Positions 17,708-27,837 are shown, counted from the stretch's first letter. The stretch: DNA of 64,000 nucleotides from an uncultured Candidatus Saccharibacteria bacterium (GCA_964350165.1 CAYGJA010000001.1:4947-68946); one strand, 5' to 3'. Program-made: numbers and translations. The notes: generated by a model from the sequence alone, not told the origin.

Positions 17708-18232
17708 ATGGGCGATTTTAAACGAGGCGGTTTTGGAGGAGGAAATGGTGGTGGACGAAGACCCCAAGGAGGGGGTGGCTACCGAGGTGGTGGAGATAGG
17801 GGAGGCAACCGAGGGGGCGGAAGCTTTGGTGGTGGTAGGAGCGGAGGTGGAGACCGAGAAATGCACAAAGCCACTTGTTCTGGCTGTGGAGATTCTTGTG
17901 AGGTTCCATTCCGACCCAATGGCAAGAAGCCGATTTTTTGTAATAACTGCTTTGGAGATCAGAAAAACGACGGACCACGACGACCAGAACGACGTGATTT
18001 CGACTCAAAACCATCCTACGGTCGCAGAGACGACCGACCAGCACCCAAAACACCTGGTAGCAACGAGCTACTGGATATCAAGCGCAAGATGGACAGCATT
18101 GGCAAAAAGCTAGACACCATGGTGGACTTGCTTGGCAAAATTGCCCAAACCCAAGGACTCAAGATTCAAAAACACGAATTATCTGAGACAGTCAAAAAAC
18201 TATATCCCGAAGGAGCTATCCACGAAGAATAG
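17708..18232 (+). CDS. RGG/Gly-Arg-rich protein with a CxxC...CxxC zinc ribbon
   Basis: 174 aa. The N-terminal 45 residues are GG/RGG repeats, followed by CSGCGDSC-x14-CNNC and a basic region. Confidence 0.5.
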   Translation: MGDFKRGGFGGGNGGGRRPQGGGGYRGGGDRGGNRGGGSFGGGRSGGGDREMHKATCSGCGDSCEVPFRPNGKKPIFCNNCFGDQKNDGPRRPERRDFDSKPSYGRRDDRPAPKTPGSNELLDIKRKMDSIGKKLDTMVDLLGKIAQTQGLKIQKHELSETVKKLYPEGAIHEE

Positions 18233-18240
18233 CCCTGTAA

Positions 18241-18266
18241 GAACCACTTTTAAAAAAGTGGTTCTT
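18241..18266 (+). terminator. Palindromic hairpin after the 17708..18232 gene
   Basis: GAACCACTTTT-aaaa-AAGTGGTTC. The T-run after it is weak. Confidence 0.4.
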
Positions 18267-18304
18267 ACATTGCACGAGGAACCTTCTGGTATACTGCCAG
18301 GACC

Positions 18305-19978
18305 ATGACACAAGCAGAAGCCCTCCAAATCCTGAAAATGGGCCACAACGTATTCCTGACCGGACAACCGGGAGCAGGAAAAACCTATCTCCTCAATCAA
18401 TACATCGATATTCTCAAAAAACACAAAATCGAAGTAGCCGTGACCGCTTCGACTGGTATTGCCGCTACCCACATCGGTGGTACCACTATCCACTCCTGGT
18501 CTGGAATCGGCATCAAACAAAACCTGAATGCCAGACAGCTCGATGATTTGCTGGATCGGGAATATCTAGTTAAAAGAATCAGCAAAACCGAAGTGCTCAT
18601 CATCGATGAGGTTTCCATGCTGGATGCTGTCATGCTCGACGACATTAACAGCATTTGCAAAATCATGCGTCGAAGTGAAGAACCCTTTGGCGGACTTCAG
18701 GTGGTACTGGTTGGAGATTTTTTTCAGTTGCCACCCGTAAACAGAACCGGGGAGCCGATACCACCAGCCTATGCCTCGAGGGCTTGGCAAGAAGCACGTA
18801 TGGCTATTTGTTATCTATCAGAACAGTATCGACAAAAAGACGGGGTGCTCAATACCATCCTCAAGCAAATCCGTGAAAACAATGTCGAACAAGATATGTA
18901 TGACGAATTACTACGGACCACCAGTCGCACTTTTGATGATGGAATCGAGCCAGTACGGCTGTTCACCCATAATGCCGACGTAGACCAACTGAACAATAGC
19001 CGGCTAGCCGAACTCGATACCGAAATCAAGACTTTTGGTATGAGTAGCAAAGGAAAAGATAATCATGTGGAACGACTTATCAAATCCTGCCTGTCGCCAG
19101 AACATCTCCAACTAAGAGAAGGTGCCGTTGTAATGTGCACCAAAAATAACTTTGAACTGGGCTACGTCAATGGAACCATGGGCAAAATAATCGCCTTTGA
19201 TTCCAAAACAAAATTCCCAATTATCGAAACCACCGAAGAAAAAAGATTCACCATTACACCCGCCGAATGGGCAATAGAAGACAACGGCAAATTAATTGCT
19301 TCGATTGAGCAAATCCCGCTTCGTCTCGCCTGGGCAATTACCGTCCACAAAAGCCAGGGCATGAGCATCGACCGCGCCGAAATAGACTTGTCTCAAACTT
19401 TTGAATACGGCCAGGGGTATGTAGCCCTATCTCGACTGCGCGACATCAACGGGTTACGTCTTTTGGGGCTCAACGACGTAGCACTCCAGGTCAACCCCGA
19501 AATCATGGCCGCCGACAAAAAATTCTTGAAATTATCAGACGCGGCCAGGAGTAGGCTGAGTGAATTTAGCGATCAAGACCTCGAAACCAAGCACCATAGT
19601 AATATCATCGAACGTGGCGGGGTAATCAAGCCAAGCAAAAAAGAAGCAGTAGGGGAGCAGAAACCAAAAAAAACAGCGTCTCGAGAAAAAACCATGAACT
19701 TTATTTTGCAAACAAAAACTATTCCTCAGATTGCAAAAGAGAGGAGTCTAACCGAAGCAACAGTGATGAGCCATATCGAGGATCTCCTCTTAGACAACCG
19801 ACTGACCCAAAATGACATCGCATATCTGCAACCAAAGAACAAACAATTTACCAAAGGGCTTGAAAAAGTTCGCCAAGCTTTTGAGCAGACAGATAGCAAA
19901 AACCTAGGACCGGTAAAGGCTATCCTAGGTGATGCGTATGATTTCGATGAAATCAGGTTTTTTCGATTGTTTCTCTAA
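18305..19978 (+). CDS. PIF1/RecD-like ATP-dependent DNA helicase with a C-terminal HTH
   Basis: 557 aa with Walker A GQPGAGKTYLL, the PIF1-type motifs (VTASTGIAATHIGGTTIHSW; IDEVSML; VLVGDFFQLPPV), and a C-terminal helix-turn-helix. Confidence 0.75.
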   Translation: MTQAEALQILKMGHNVFLTGQPGAGKTYLLNQYIDILKKHKIEVAVTASTGIAATHIGGTTIHSWSGIGIKQNLNARQLDDLLDREYLVKRISKTEVLIIDEVSMLDAVMLDDINSICKIMRRSEEPFGGLQVVLVGDFFQLPPVNRTGEPIPPAYASRAWQEARMAICYLSEQYRQKDGVLNTILKQIRENNVEQDMYDELLRTTSRTFDDGIEPVRLFTHNADVDQLNNSRLAELDTEIKTFGMSSKGKDNHVERLIKSCLSPEHLQLREGAVVMCTKNNFELGYVNGTMGKIIAFDSKTKFPIIETTEEKRFTITPAEWAIEDNGKLIASIEQIPLRLAWAITVHKSQGMSIDRAEIDLSQTFEYGQGYVALSRLRDINGLRLLGLNDVALQVNPEIMAADKKFLKLSDAARSRLSEFSDQDLETKHHSNIIERGGVIKPSKKEAVGEQKPKKTASREKTMNFILQTKTIPQIAKERSLTEATVMSHIEDLLLDNRLTQNDIAYLQPKNKQFTKGLEKVRQAFEQTDSKNLGPVKAILGDAYDFDEIRFFRLFL

Positions 19979-19981
19979 AGA

Positions 19982-21295
19982 TTATCGGCCAGCGATAAAA
20001 GTCAGAGCCTTACCGCGCTTGTCGCTACGACCCGTACGACCAATTCGGTGTACGTAATCTTCAAAGGTGTTCGGTAGATCGTAGTTGATTACATGAGAGA
20101 CATCGTCGACATGAATACCGCGAGCAGCAACGTCGGTTGCAACCAACACACGTGCTTGTCCAGATTTGAACGAACGCAAGGCACGTTGTCGTTGTGGGTG
20201 ACTCTTGTTTCCATGAATAGATTCTGATGGAATACCAGACCGAGACAATTCATTAGAAAGTTTTTCAACGCTGTGTTTCATTGAACCAAAGATAATAACT
20301 CGAGCAAAATCTTTGTCTTGCAAAAGTTCGTTCAGAGTTTCAAATTTGTCATGATGTCCATGAACAACAACATCCTGTTCGATGCTGTTGGTAACATCTT
20401 TTTTCTTGACGGAAACCATAACCGGATTTTTCAAGAATTCATCAGCCATTTTTTTAGCTGCTGGGGTCATGGTCGCAGAGAAGAATAGAGTCTCTCGAGA
20501 ATTTGGGGTCTCAAGAATAATCTTGCGCATATCATGAATGAATCCCATGTCGAGCATGCGGTCAGCTTCGTCTAATACAACGGTGGTGATATTTTTAGGC
20601 TTAAAGTAGCCTCGATCCTGAAGGTCCATAACGCGACCCGGAGTACCAATAACAAAATGATTAGTACGTTGCAGATTTTTAATCTGTGGATGGATATTCA
20701 TACCACCAACACAAACCGTAGAAAAAATTTGCATACCAATGGTCAACTTGCGCAATTCATCGTTAATCTGAATAGCTAGTTCGCGGGTTGGAGCCAGGAT
20801 AAGCGTCTGCCGCTTGCGATCGGCTAGGGTTTTTTCGATAACTGGAATCAAAAAAGCAGCTGTTTTACCAGTACCAGTCTGAGCTAGACCAATAACGTCT
20901 TTTCCGGCATTAATTTCCGGAATGATTTGGTCCTGAATAGGACTAGGCACCGTAAAGCCCATCTGATGAATTCGGTCTACGAGCTCCTGAGAAAGATCAA
21001 AAGTTTCAAAAGTGTTTTCTGCTTCGTATACTTCTTCTTTTAGTTCAACTGGATTTTTGTTTATAAATTGGGATGGATCAAAGGTGCTTCGCTTGGCACC
21101 GCCGCGACTACGGCCACGACTGTTGCCGCCATAGCTTCCGCCACGACGATTACCGCCAGAACTGCTTCGTGAACCGCCATAGCCACCACCCGATGAAGGG
21201 CGACGAGAACGGAACGAACTGCCGTTTGACGAAGGCGAATAAGACCGCTGACGCGTAGTAGTACTACGCCCACGGTTAGTGGATGGTGATTGCAT
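19982..21295 (-). CDS. DEAD-box ATP-dependent RNA helicase with an N-terminal RGG/RS-rich extension
   Basis: 437 aa with the Q-motif, AQTGTGKTAAF, DEAD (VLDEADRMLDMGF), SAT, and HRIGRTGR. The first 70 residues are an RGG/SR repeat region. Confidence 0.85.
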   Translation of the reverse strand: MQSPSTNRGRSTTTRQRSYSPSSNGSSFRSRRPSSGGGYGGSRSSSGGNRRGGSYGGNSRGRSRGGAKRSTFDPSQFINKNPVELKEEVYEAENTFETFDLSQELVDRIHQMGFTVPSPIQDQIIPEINAGKDVIGLAQTGTGKTAAFLIPVIEKTLADRKRQTLILAPTRELAIQINDELRKLTIGMQIFSTVCVGGMNIHPQIKNLQRTNHFVIGTPGRVMDLQDRGYFKPKNITTVVLDEADRMLDMGFIHDMRKIILETPNSRETLFFSATMTPAAKKMADEFLKNPVMVSVKKKDVTNSIEQDVVVHGHHDKFETLNELLQDKDFARVIIFGSMKHSVEKLSNELSRSGIPSESIHGNKSHPQRQRALRSFKSGQARVLVATDVAARGIHVDDVSHVINYDLPNTFEDYVHRIGRTGRSDKRGKALTFIAGR

Positions 21296-21480
21296 ATAAA
21301 TATGTATTTTGTAGTTAGAAACGGATACCGTTTCGGGCTGTGCAGGTAGTAGTAATAGCAGACAAAGGTTTGAAATAATTGACTGCAGCTCAAGAGCCCT
21401 ACACGAGTATCAAAAGCTTCTTATATAATAACATAATTGTCTTTTCAAGTCAATGTAACTCGGAAAGGCCAGAAAAAGCA

Positions 21481-21489
21481 TGCTAAAAT
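21481..21489 (+). promoter_or_regulatory. Extended -10 (TGcTAAAAT) 7 nt upstream of the ATG at 21497
   Basis: TGCTAAAAT-agccacc-ATG. Confidence 0.45.
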
Positions 21490-21496
21490 AGCCACC

Positions 21497-22135
21497 ATGA
21501 AAATCCTAGCTATTTCTGGGTCTCCCTCAGCGGGGCGCAATTCCGACAGCATGTTGACGCACTTTCTTGCTGGGGCAGGATCTGTACCCGGCATCGAAAC
21601 AGAACGTGTTTTTTTGCGTGATATTCATATTGATCATTTCCATTTTGATAACCGCTTAGGCCCAATGCCCCATGAGGGAGACTTTGCTAGGCTTTGCCAA
21701 ATTATTGAAAAAGAAGCCACGGGTATTGTGATTGCTACGCCTACGTATAATTTTGGAGTACCTGCCCATCTCAAAAATTTTATTGATCGCATGCGTTTTT
21801 TTGGTCTTGATTTCAGCAAACAAAACAAAATCGGCCAGCCAGTAGGGAAATTACAACACCTCAAGGCATATTTTCTAGTATCTGGTGGCACACCCAACTG
21901 GGCTCAAAAAATACTCTTCTTTGCTTTTCCTCCTTTTTGGCTACGGGGAATTTTCCTGTACCACGGGGCCCACGTAATGGGTGCTTATTACAGCGGCGAT
22001 TTACACACCATGGAAAACAAAAAAGTATTGGCGAAATGCCATAAAGAAGGAGTCACCTATGCCAAAAAGCTCCTGGCCGGCAAACGCCATGGAATCCTGG
22101 AGCGAATCTTTTGGAGACCACCACAATCGCAATAA
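21497..22135 (+). CDS. NADPH-dependent FMN reductase-like flavoprotein
   Basis: Starts MKILAISGSPSAGRNSDSM with a flavodoxin-like fold. The start is reset from the track's 21437. Confidence 0.55.
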   Translation: MKILAISGSPSAGRNSDSMLTHFLAGAGSVPGIETERVFLRDIHIDHFHFDNRLGPMPHEGDFARLCQIIEKEATGIVIATPTYNFGVPAHLKNFIDRMRFFGLDFSKQNKIGQPVGKLQHLKAYFLVSGGTPNWAQKILFFAFPPFWLRGIFLYHGAHVMGAYYSGDLHTMENKKVLAKCHKEGVTYAKKLLAGKRHGILERIFWRPPQSQ

Positions 22136-22192
22136 AATCAGTTGTGAACAGACGGTGACTGTTTGCCCTTGTTTTTGTGGCACCATGTAGAC

Positions 22193-23467
22193 ATGAGACT
22201 ACATCGAGCTTTTATATTTTTTATGGCTGGTTTTTTGGGAGGGATTATTGTTCTGGCTGGTTTTTTGCTTGCCATCCAAATGCAGAAAAAATACTCGGCC
22301 ATTGACGCCATCCAGGAACTGGCTTCTTCGGTTACTCAAGATTTTGTAATTAATCCTTATTCTGGATTGTTTAGTCAAAATTTCGAAACCATGACCTACG
22401 AAGACACTCCTTTTGCCGGCGGGTATCTGTCACTGTCACCAAGTGGTCGCTTTATTATTTTCAACACCAGTAATCTATCTGAACCGGGAACGTTCCTGGA
22501 GCGTTTCTACTTGGCTGATCTCATGACCGGAGAGCGTAAAGAAATATCAGGCACACCATTGCGTGACTGGGATGACGACAATGTCATTCTAACGACACTG
22601 GGTAACGAATTGCAGTTATTCGACACTATAAGCCCCGACAGCCCCCTCGAAAGCTGGCAATTCAGTAGCCCTATTTATTCTGCCAAACCTTCTCCCAAAG
22701 GCGATACACTGATAGTAAATACCCAGGACGGTGTCTATACCGCTGACCGTGCCAGTGGCACCAAAAGAAAAATAATAGACGGCGGACAACATGGTGCTTA
22801 CGCTTGGCTCCAAGACAACACTCGCCTGGTTGGCTTCCGGCAAATCCCAAACACACCGGGGAACAACATTCCTATTCACGAGCCAGTTATCTGGAATAGC
22901 CAGAACGGGGAATATGATATCTTGGTTGAAAACTTTCCAACTACCACCATCAACTACGTCGAATGGATTGTGCCTGATCAAATTGCACGCATAAACACTG
23001 GTTGGGATGATGGTTCTCGTGACTATGTCGTCAACGTGCAGTCACAAAGCTATCGCTATCTCGGAGAAACATCTGGTGATGGCAGCCTTAATCATCAAAA
23101 AAATATCAAGCGACTTGGCCTTAATGTTATCGAGGGCAATTTTGGTGATTTTTCCCAGGTAATCAAAAACACAACCTATTGGGGTAATGTGGAAAAGAAA
23201 GTAGCTTTTAGTGATTCATACCGAAGGTATCAATCCCAATTGCTCGACATGGATACCGCCATCTATTTACGTCAACAGATGACAAGTAGCTATGCCGAAA
23301 CAGAAGTAGTCAAGTTAGACCTGAATACTGGCAAAGAAACCGTACTCTACAAAGTAGATGGCTGGGTGCAAAACCTAGCGGTCAGCACTGACGGCCAGGA
23401 TACTTATTGGATTATCCCTGCTGGTGACAAATTAATCATTCGCTCGATCGAATCGGTTGATTTGTAG
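22193..23467 (+). CDS. Hypothetical membrane-anchored protein, probably beta-propeller (TolB-like)
   Basis: The track start at 22163 is TTG. The ATG at 22193 gives MRLHRAFIFFMAGFLGGIIVLAGF. The rest is rich in D/G/T/Y beta-strand repeats. The last 27 nt form a direct repeat with 26688..26714. Confidence 0.45.
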   Translation: MRLHRAFIFFMAGFLGGIIVLAGFLLAIQMQKKYSAIDAIQELASSVTQDFVINPYSGLFSQNFETMTYEDTPFAGGYLSLSPSGRFIIFNTSNLSEPGTFLERFYLADLMTGERKEISGTPLRDWDDDNVILTTLGNELQLFDTISPDSPLESWQFSSPIYSAKPSPKGDTLIVNTQDGVYTADRASGTKRKIIDGGQHGAYAWLQDNTRLVGFRQIPNTPGNNIPIHEPVIWNSQNGEYDILVENFPTTTINYVEWIVPDQIARINTGWDDGSRDYVVNVQSQSYRYLGETSGDGSLNHQKNIKRLGLNVIEGNFGDFSQVIKNTTYWGNVEKKVAFSDSYRRYQSQLLDMDTAIYLRQQMTSSYAETEVVKLDLNTGKETVLYKVDGWVQNLAVSTDGQDTYWIIPAGDKLIIRSIESVDL

Positions 23468-23471
23468 AAAG
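23445..23471 (+). repeat. 27-bp direct repeat, left copy (CTCGATCGAATCGGTTGATTTGTAGAA)
   Basis: Identical to 26688..26714. It contains the palindrome TCGATCGA and forms the 3' end of the 22193..23467 gene. Confidence 0.8.
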
Positions 23472-23547
23472 AGTGCCTATTTTTTTTGAGAGATACCCAA
23501 AAGTATTGACATACGTTAATTTTATATGTATTCATTTAAAAGACATA

Positions 23548-23570
23548 AAGGGGGAGAACCCCTTTTTTTA
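23548..23570 (+). terminator. Intrinsic terminator after the 22193..23467 gene
   Basis: AGGGG-gagaa-CCCCT followed by T7. Confidence 0.55.
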
Positions 23571-23609
23571 GTTCGTTCTTTCTAAAAAAATAAAAAAAAC
23601 CGAGGCGGC

Positions 23610-26585
23610 ATGCTTGTCGTCTCACAATCGCATTTTCAAATGAAAAAAAGTATTTTTTTTCTTATGGCCACGTTCTTCCTGCAGCAACTGGCTGTGGGTC
23701 AAGGCATCGGCGACAACACTTTTTTACCGACTGCTGGCGGCCCAGAGAGAATCCAGGTGATCTCTCTAGAAGATAACCCCTTCCTGGCAGAGCACCTGAC
23801 AGCAGGGGAGCAAATATCTTATGTGGCCCTAATTAGTCCCATGAGCATTGTTTACGGGCTAGGGGCCGTAAAAGATAGGCTCTGGGTACTCCAAGGACAT
23901 CAGCAGGAAATCGCAAACCTTCTCTCTACAGAAAATGATTTCAAAAGGAGAAAAGGAGTAGAAATCCTGCTGGAAGCCATCGCAAACCCCAACGCCGATC
24001 ACGGGGTAGAGCTGGTCTTTCACTGGAAAGACACTCTTCACCAGAGATTGGGTATACAGGGAAAGGTGTATAAAGCCGCGACCTGGGAAGAGAGTGCTGT
24101 TCCAGATCGATATTTTTTTGTGCCAGGAGAAGGGCACAGCATGCCGGCCGTGCCTTACCTAGCAGAAGAAAGGGACTCCCTAATGATGGGGGCAATTGCC
24201 ACCATTGAAAGAACCCTCGAAACGGAACAAATTTTCGTTCTGTTCGAGCAAGCTGCTGACATCAGCAGTATGGTACGCCAGAAGTTCACCACGCTGAACC
24301 TGGCGGACAACCAAGGGATTCTTTTGGCAGGTGACCCGAGAGTGGCTGCCATAATGGTAACTGAGGAAATTAGCAAAATGGCATTCCTCAGCCTGACAGC
24401 AACATACCTAAGCTGGCAGGCGCAACAGCAACAAAACCTGCTGTTTCGAGGTGGTCCGGGCCGAGAAATAGTGCTTCCAAAGCTAAAGTTTCCGCAACAA
24501 CCGGCAAAAACGCCGAGGATTCCAACTCCGGAACCCCCCAAGCCACCCTCACCCTCCCCAGAACAGGCTAAAAAACTGCAGGAATGGCTCCAAAGAGCTG
24601 CTAGTGCCATCAAGACCATAGCAAAAGTCTGGGGAGATTCGGTTGCCACAGCCTACGAAATTAGGCTAGAGAAAAAAGGTCCCGACGATGACGTTTTGGT
24701 CATATCGAGCCCTACCAACCCAAAAAACTATGTCCTGGTATACCCAAGCCCAGATCAAGAGGGCATACTCAGAATTGCGAACGGTAACATGCACGGTGAT
24801 TCTGTTCGTACCAGAACAGAGCACCGACCGATTGCATACTGGGATCTGGAAGGCGATGCTCCGAGCTTGCTTCCAAACAAGGTGCTTTTACCTATGGCAC
24901 CATACCTGGCACCAACAGACAAGGAGGCGCTGGTGGAATGGCTCATGCTTCCATTTACAGAACAATTTGGGTGGAGTCAAATCTGGTACTTGGTGCGAGT
25001 AGCAGAGGAAGGAACGACGTCTCCTCAATCGGCAAAAAAAGCCTACCCTGGATACAAGGTGGTACGCTACATATTACCAGCCTCTAACCAGGTTGACCCT
25101 CTCAACGAAGAAGAGAGTGGGCATATGAAGGTTTTTAGGACGAGAATCGGCTACCAAGCCGGGCTTTTGGAACAAGGGCTAAGGCTAGCCTTGGCTAAAG
25201 CTGAAGAAGGCGATACGGAAGCCGTAGCAACCTTCCTCGCAAGTGCGAGAGAATCAGCTCCAGGCGAGGTCTTGGATCTGCTCAGTAGATACAGTCCCGA
25301 CAGCAAAGAGAGAAGGTCTCTGCGTTATGCAGCCAAGAGACTAATCCTCATGAGGGAAGGGCTGGAGAAAATAACAATTTTTCTGGAGGGGGAGGGCTCG
25401 GATATACGAGTACTCTATGAAGAGCTCCAAAGACAAAGAGAAATCCTCTACAAAGAGGAACTCCGAACGCTAAAAGAAGAGCTGGATCAACTTAAGAACA
25501 GATCGCAAAAACTCCTGGATGGAATCCGCAGAATTCAGGAAAAGGCGAAGAGAGGCAGGGCTTCTCACGAAGACATCACCGAGGCTTATCGCAAGATGGA
25601 AAGGATACTAGCGATTAGCGAAGGCCTGGAAGATGCCAGAACTGCTTTGGTCGGATTTCAGATCTGGGCAGAGGACATGCGGGGAAAGATCTACTCGGAC
25701 GACGCCGACGATGGACACATCGCGAATGAAAAAAACGAGGTGTCGAGACTTGTCCAGAAAGACCTCCAGATTGCTTGGCTACTATTGGCAAAAGCTCCAG
25801 ATGGAGAGATTGCCAACAAGGTACAAATGGCGGAGGGGTATTTTCAAAACATGCTCCAGTTCTATCATCCCAGGGAAACGATAAGCCCCGAAACACAAAA
25901 AGAACTCCGACGGTCTGCTAGCGCCATAGCAACCCTTCACAGGGAGGTAGGAAAGATGGAAACGTACCTGAACAAGGTACAAGACAGGTACTATCGTCTT
26001 CGTGGAAAGAAGTGGCAAAGCATGGTGACTGCCTTTGTCGGGAGCTATCGGCTGCTCCGAAAGTTTTCAAGTGCTTATCGAGAAATCGAAAGAATAGAAA
26101 CGCTGATTACCGGCGACCTCACTGATGAACAACAAGGCCATTGGGTGCAGATTCTGCAAGAAATACGAACGCAGCGAATCCAGCTGCTGGTCGATGAAGA
26201 AATCTTCCGGATTTCTTCAGAAATGACAGACAGGGTCCCGGAAGTCTACAGAGGAGAGCTTAAAAAATCTATAGCTCAACTACTGCTAAAAGTTTCCAAG
26301 GGAGAAATAGAATCTCCTAATGGTTACGGAAAATCCCCTTTTCACTTTGTAGAAAGGGGTACAGTAGAGGAGTTATTAACAAAGCTTCCTCATTTGCGGA
26401 CGGAAGGCGCTACGCCTGATGCCTATAAGAGATTTACAGGACAGCTTCTTGCCTTGTTGGGCAAGCAGCACAGCCTGGACGGTCTGGATCAGGCTCACCT
26501 GATTGGGCTTTCCGTCGAAATATCGACAAGATTCGATATCCATGAAGGCGTGGCAGCCATAGCCAATCCGGCGGAAAAAAAATAG
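23610..26585 (+). CDS. Large secreted protein (991 aa): signal peptide, Pro-rich linker, C-terminal coiled-coil region
   Basis: The ATG at 23610 or the ATG at 23640 (MKKSIFFLMATFFLQQLAVGQG) gives a signal peptide. There is a PTPEPPKPPSPSPEQ linker and long heptad-like stretches (ELQRQREILYKEELRTLKEELDQLKNRSQKLL). No recognisable family. Confidence 0.55.
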   Translation: MLVVSQSHFQMKKSIFFLMATFFLQQLAVGQGIGDNTFLPTAGGPERIQVISLEDNPFLAEHLTAGEQISYVALISPMSIVYGLGAVKDRLWVLQGHQQEIANLLSTENDFKRRKGVEILLEAIANPNADHGVELVFHWKDTLHQRLGIQGKVYKAATWEESAVPDRYFFVPGEGHSMPAVPYLAEERDSLMMGAIATIERTLETEQIFVLFEQAADISSMVRQKFTTLNLADNQGILLAGDPRVAAIMVTEEISKMAFLSLTATYLSWQAQQQQNLLFRGGPGREIVLPKLKFPQQPAKTPRIPTPEPPKPPSPSPEQAKKLQEWLQRAASAIKTIAKVWGDSVATAYEIRLEKKGPDDDVLVISSPTNPKNYVLVYPSPDQEGILRIANGNMHGDSVRTRTEHRPIAYWDLEGDAPSLLPNKVLLPMAPYLAPTDKEALVEWLMLPFTEQFGWSQIWYLVRVAEEGTTSPQSAKKAYPGYKVVRYILPASNQVDPLNEEESGHMKVFRTRIGYQAGLLEQGLRLALAKAEEGDTEAVATFLASARESAPGEVLDLLSRYSPDSKERRSLRYAAKRLILMREGLEKITIFLEGEGSDIRVLYEELQRQREILYKEELRTLKEELDQLKNRSQKLLDGIRRIQEKAKRGRASHEDITEAYRKMERILAISEGLEDARTALVGFQIWAEDMRGKIYSDDADDGHIANEKNEVSRLVQKDLQIAWLLLAKAPDGEIANKVQMAEGYFQNMLQFYHPRETISPETQKELRRSASAIATLHREVGKMETYLNKVQDRYYRLRGKKWQSMVTAFVGSYRLLRKFSSAYREIERIETLITGDLTDEQQGHWVQILQEIRTQRIQLLVDEEIFRISSEMTDRVPEVYRGELKKSIAQLLLKVSKGEIESPNGYGKSPFHFVERGTVEELLTKLPHLRTEGATPDAYKRFTGQLLALLGKQHSLDGLDQAHLIGLSVEISTRFDIHEGVAAIANPAEKK

Positions 26586-26605
26586 CGGTTATCTTAGCCG
26601 CACAA

Positions 26606-26640
26606 GCCTCGCAATTAATTTTGCGAGGCTACTTTTTTTT
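26606..26640 (+). terminator. Intrinsic terminator after the 991-aa gene
   Basis: GCCTCGCAA-ttaatt-TTGCGAGGC followed by T8. The paralogous hairpin at 27838 differs by compensatory changes. Confidence 0.65.
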
Positions 26641-26657
26641 GGGATACAATTACCAGT

Positions 26658-26711
26658 ATGTTTTTCTGGAAACGAGCCAAGCATTTACTCGATCGAATCG
26701 GTTGATTTGTA
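26658..26711 (+). pseudogene. Duplicated 5' fragment of the DUF45 gene (MFFWKRAK...), fused to the 27-bp repeat
   Basis: 26596..26676 duplicates 27826..27907 (terminator plus the first 7 codons of the 27890 gene). The frame then runs into the 27-bp repeat and stops. Confidence 0.55.
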
Positions 26712-26714
26712 GAA
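26688..26714 (+). repeat. 27-bp direct repeat, right copy
   Basis: Identical to 23445..23471. Confidence 0.8.
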
Positions 26715-26718
26715 CTTC

Positions 26719-27279
26719 TTATTCAAAGATTGCAGACCAATAGTCAATCAATATTTGCCGTGCGCCTTGATTTTTTAATTCTGTTTTGCCAAGCCAGGCA
26801 ACACCTTTCTCGACATCGTATTCGTCTGGATCTAAATTGCGACTAATCAATTTTGCCTCTTCGGTAGAGGGTTCTACCACAAATACATAATGTAGATCAT
26901 GCCGACCATGATCATGTGGTGCCTCTGCGCGGTACGACCAGATAACCTCGCTGAGAGTCAGAAAAGCAAAGCGCTCTAGGGGAAACTCTAGGCTGGTTTC
27001 TCGATGAAAAGAGCGCTGAGCAGCCGTGACAGCTGGTTCTCCGGCTCGTCTTCGACCGCCAATCACCCACAAACCTTCGGCTGGTTTCCGTGTGCGCATA
27101 ACCAGGCCGATTTTCTTGCTCTCTCTATCAACCAGCACCACGTCGCTATTGACCACCACCAAAGCTGAAATAGCTGCCGCGTATTCTTCATCAGTAATAC
27201 GCACGGCAGGAATATGATGATTGTCTGGGTTGTAGAACGGTGGCAAGACTGGTTCATTCATGGCTACAAAATACCGCAA
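26719..27279 (-). CDS. NUDIX hydrolase
   Basis: 186 aa with the Nudix box GGRRRAGEPAVTAAQRSFHRETSLEF. Confidence 0.7.
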   Translation of the reverse strand: MRYFVAMNEPVLPPFYNPDNHHIPAVRITDEEYAAAISALVVVNSDVVLVDRESKKIGLVMRTRKPAEGLWVIGGRRRAGEPAVTAAQRSFHRETSLEFPLERFAFLTLSEVIWSYRAEAPHDHGRHDLHYVFVVEPSTEEAKLISRNLDPDEYDVEKGVAWLGKTELKNQGARQILIDYWSAIFE

Positions 27280-27345
27280 AACATAGTAGGGAAGTATTGA
27301 CTTAATAAATTTAATGTTGCATTTTGTAGTAAATCAACAATTACC

Positions 27346-27816
27346 ATGTATGATCAGTATGTATTAATTCTGGCGCACGACAGACTGCCTGGAATGAAAT
27401 CCAGAATTCTAAAAACTGTCGAGATTTTTGCGCTACCAGGTGCAAAAACGATGTTCTACTATTGCGGGGGAGGCAAATATGCCTCAAAAGATTACCTCGA
27501 TCTTGTCAGAGAAAATGTGGAGAACCATATTCTCAACACAGGGAAAGACACCTCTACCCAGATTGAATTATTTAGATTCGCAGAGGGCCACCCGGAAGGA
27601 TTTGTCTGTTCCCATAGAAAACATGCGCCTCAAATAGAGGCGATCTTGTCTCAACATCCAGAACTAAGCAAGCTTAAGCCTGTCTATGTTCAACACGATG
27701 ACTGGAAATTAATAGATACGGCTATCGCTTTTATGGCAAACATCTTAGTAAGAAGTGGTGCTGGGAAGGCAATCTCGCTTTTAAATAAATTTCGAGCACC
27801 AGAAACTACAGTATAA
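27346..27816 (+). CDS. Hypothetical protein
   Basis: 156 aa with no recognisable motif. Confidence 0.35.
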   Translation: MYDQYVLILAHDRLPGMKSRILKTVEIFALPGAKTMFYYCGGGKYASKDYLDLVRENVENHILNTGKDTSTQIELFRFAEGHPEGFVCSHRKHAPQIEAILSQHPELSKLKPVYVQHDDWKLIDTAIAFMANILVRSGAGKAISLLNKFRAPETTV

Positions 27817-27837
27817 GCCGACCGGTCAGAGGGCCAA

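Larger units (their letters stand above)
23472..26714 (+). mobile_element. Insertion or rearrangement module carrying the 991-aa gene, bounded by 27-bp direct repeats
   Basis: A perfect 27-bp direct repeat flanks the module, and the right end carries a duplicated terminator plus a 5' DUF45 fragment. Confidence 0.35.

Noticed and set aside
23610-26585. Diversity-generating retroelement target (a large secreted protein in a CPR-like genome)
   Set aside because: No reverse transcriptase gene and no template/variable repeat pair with A-specific mismatches is visible in the window.
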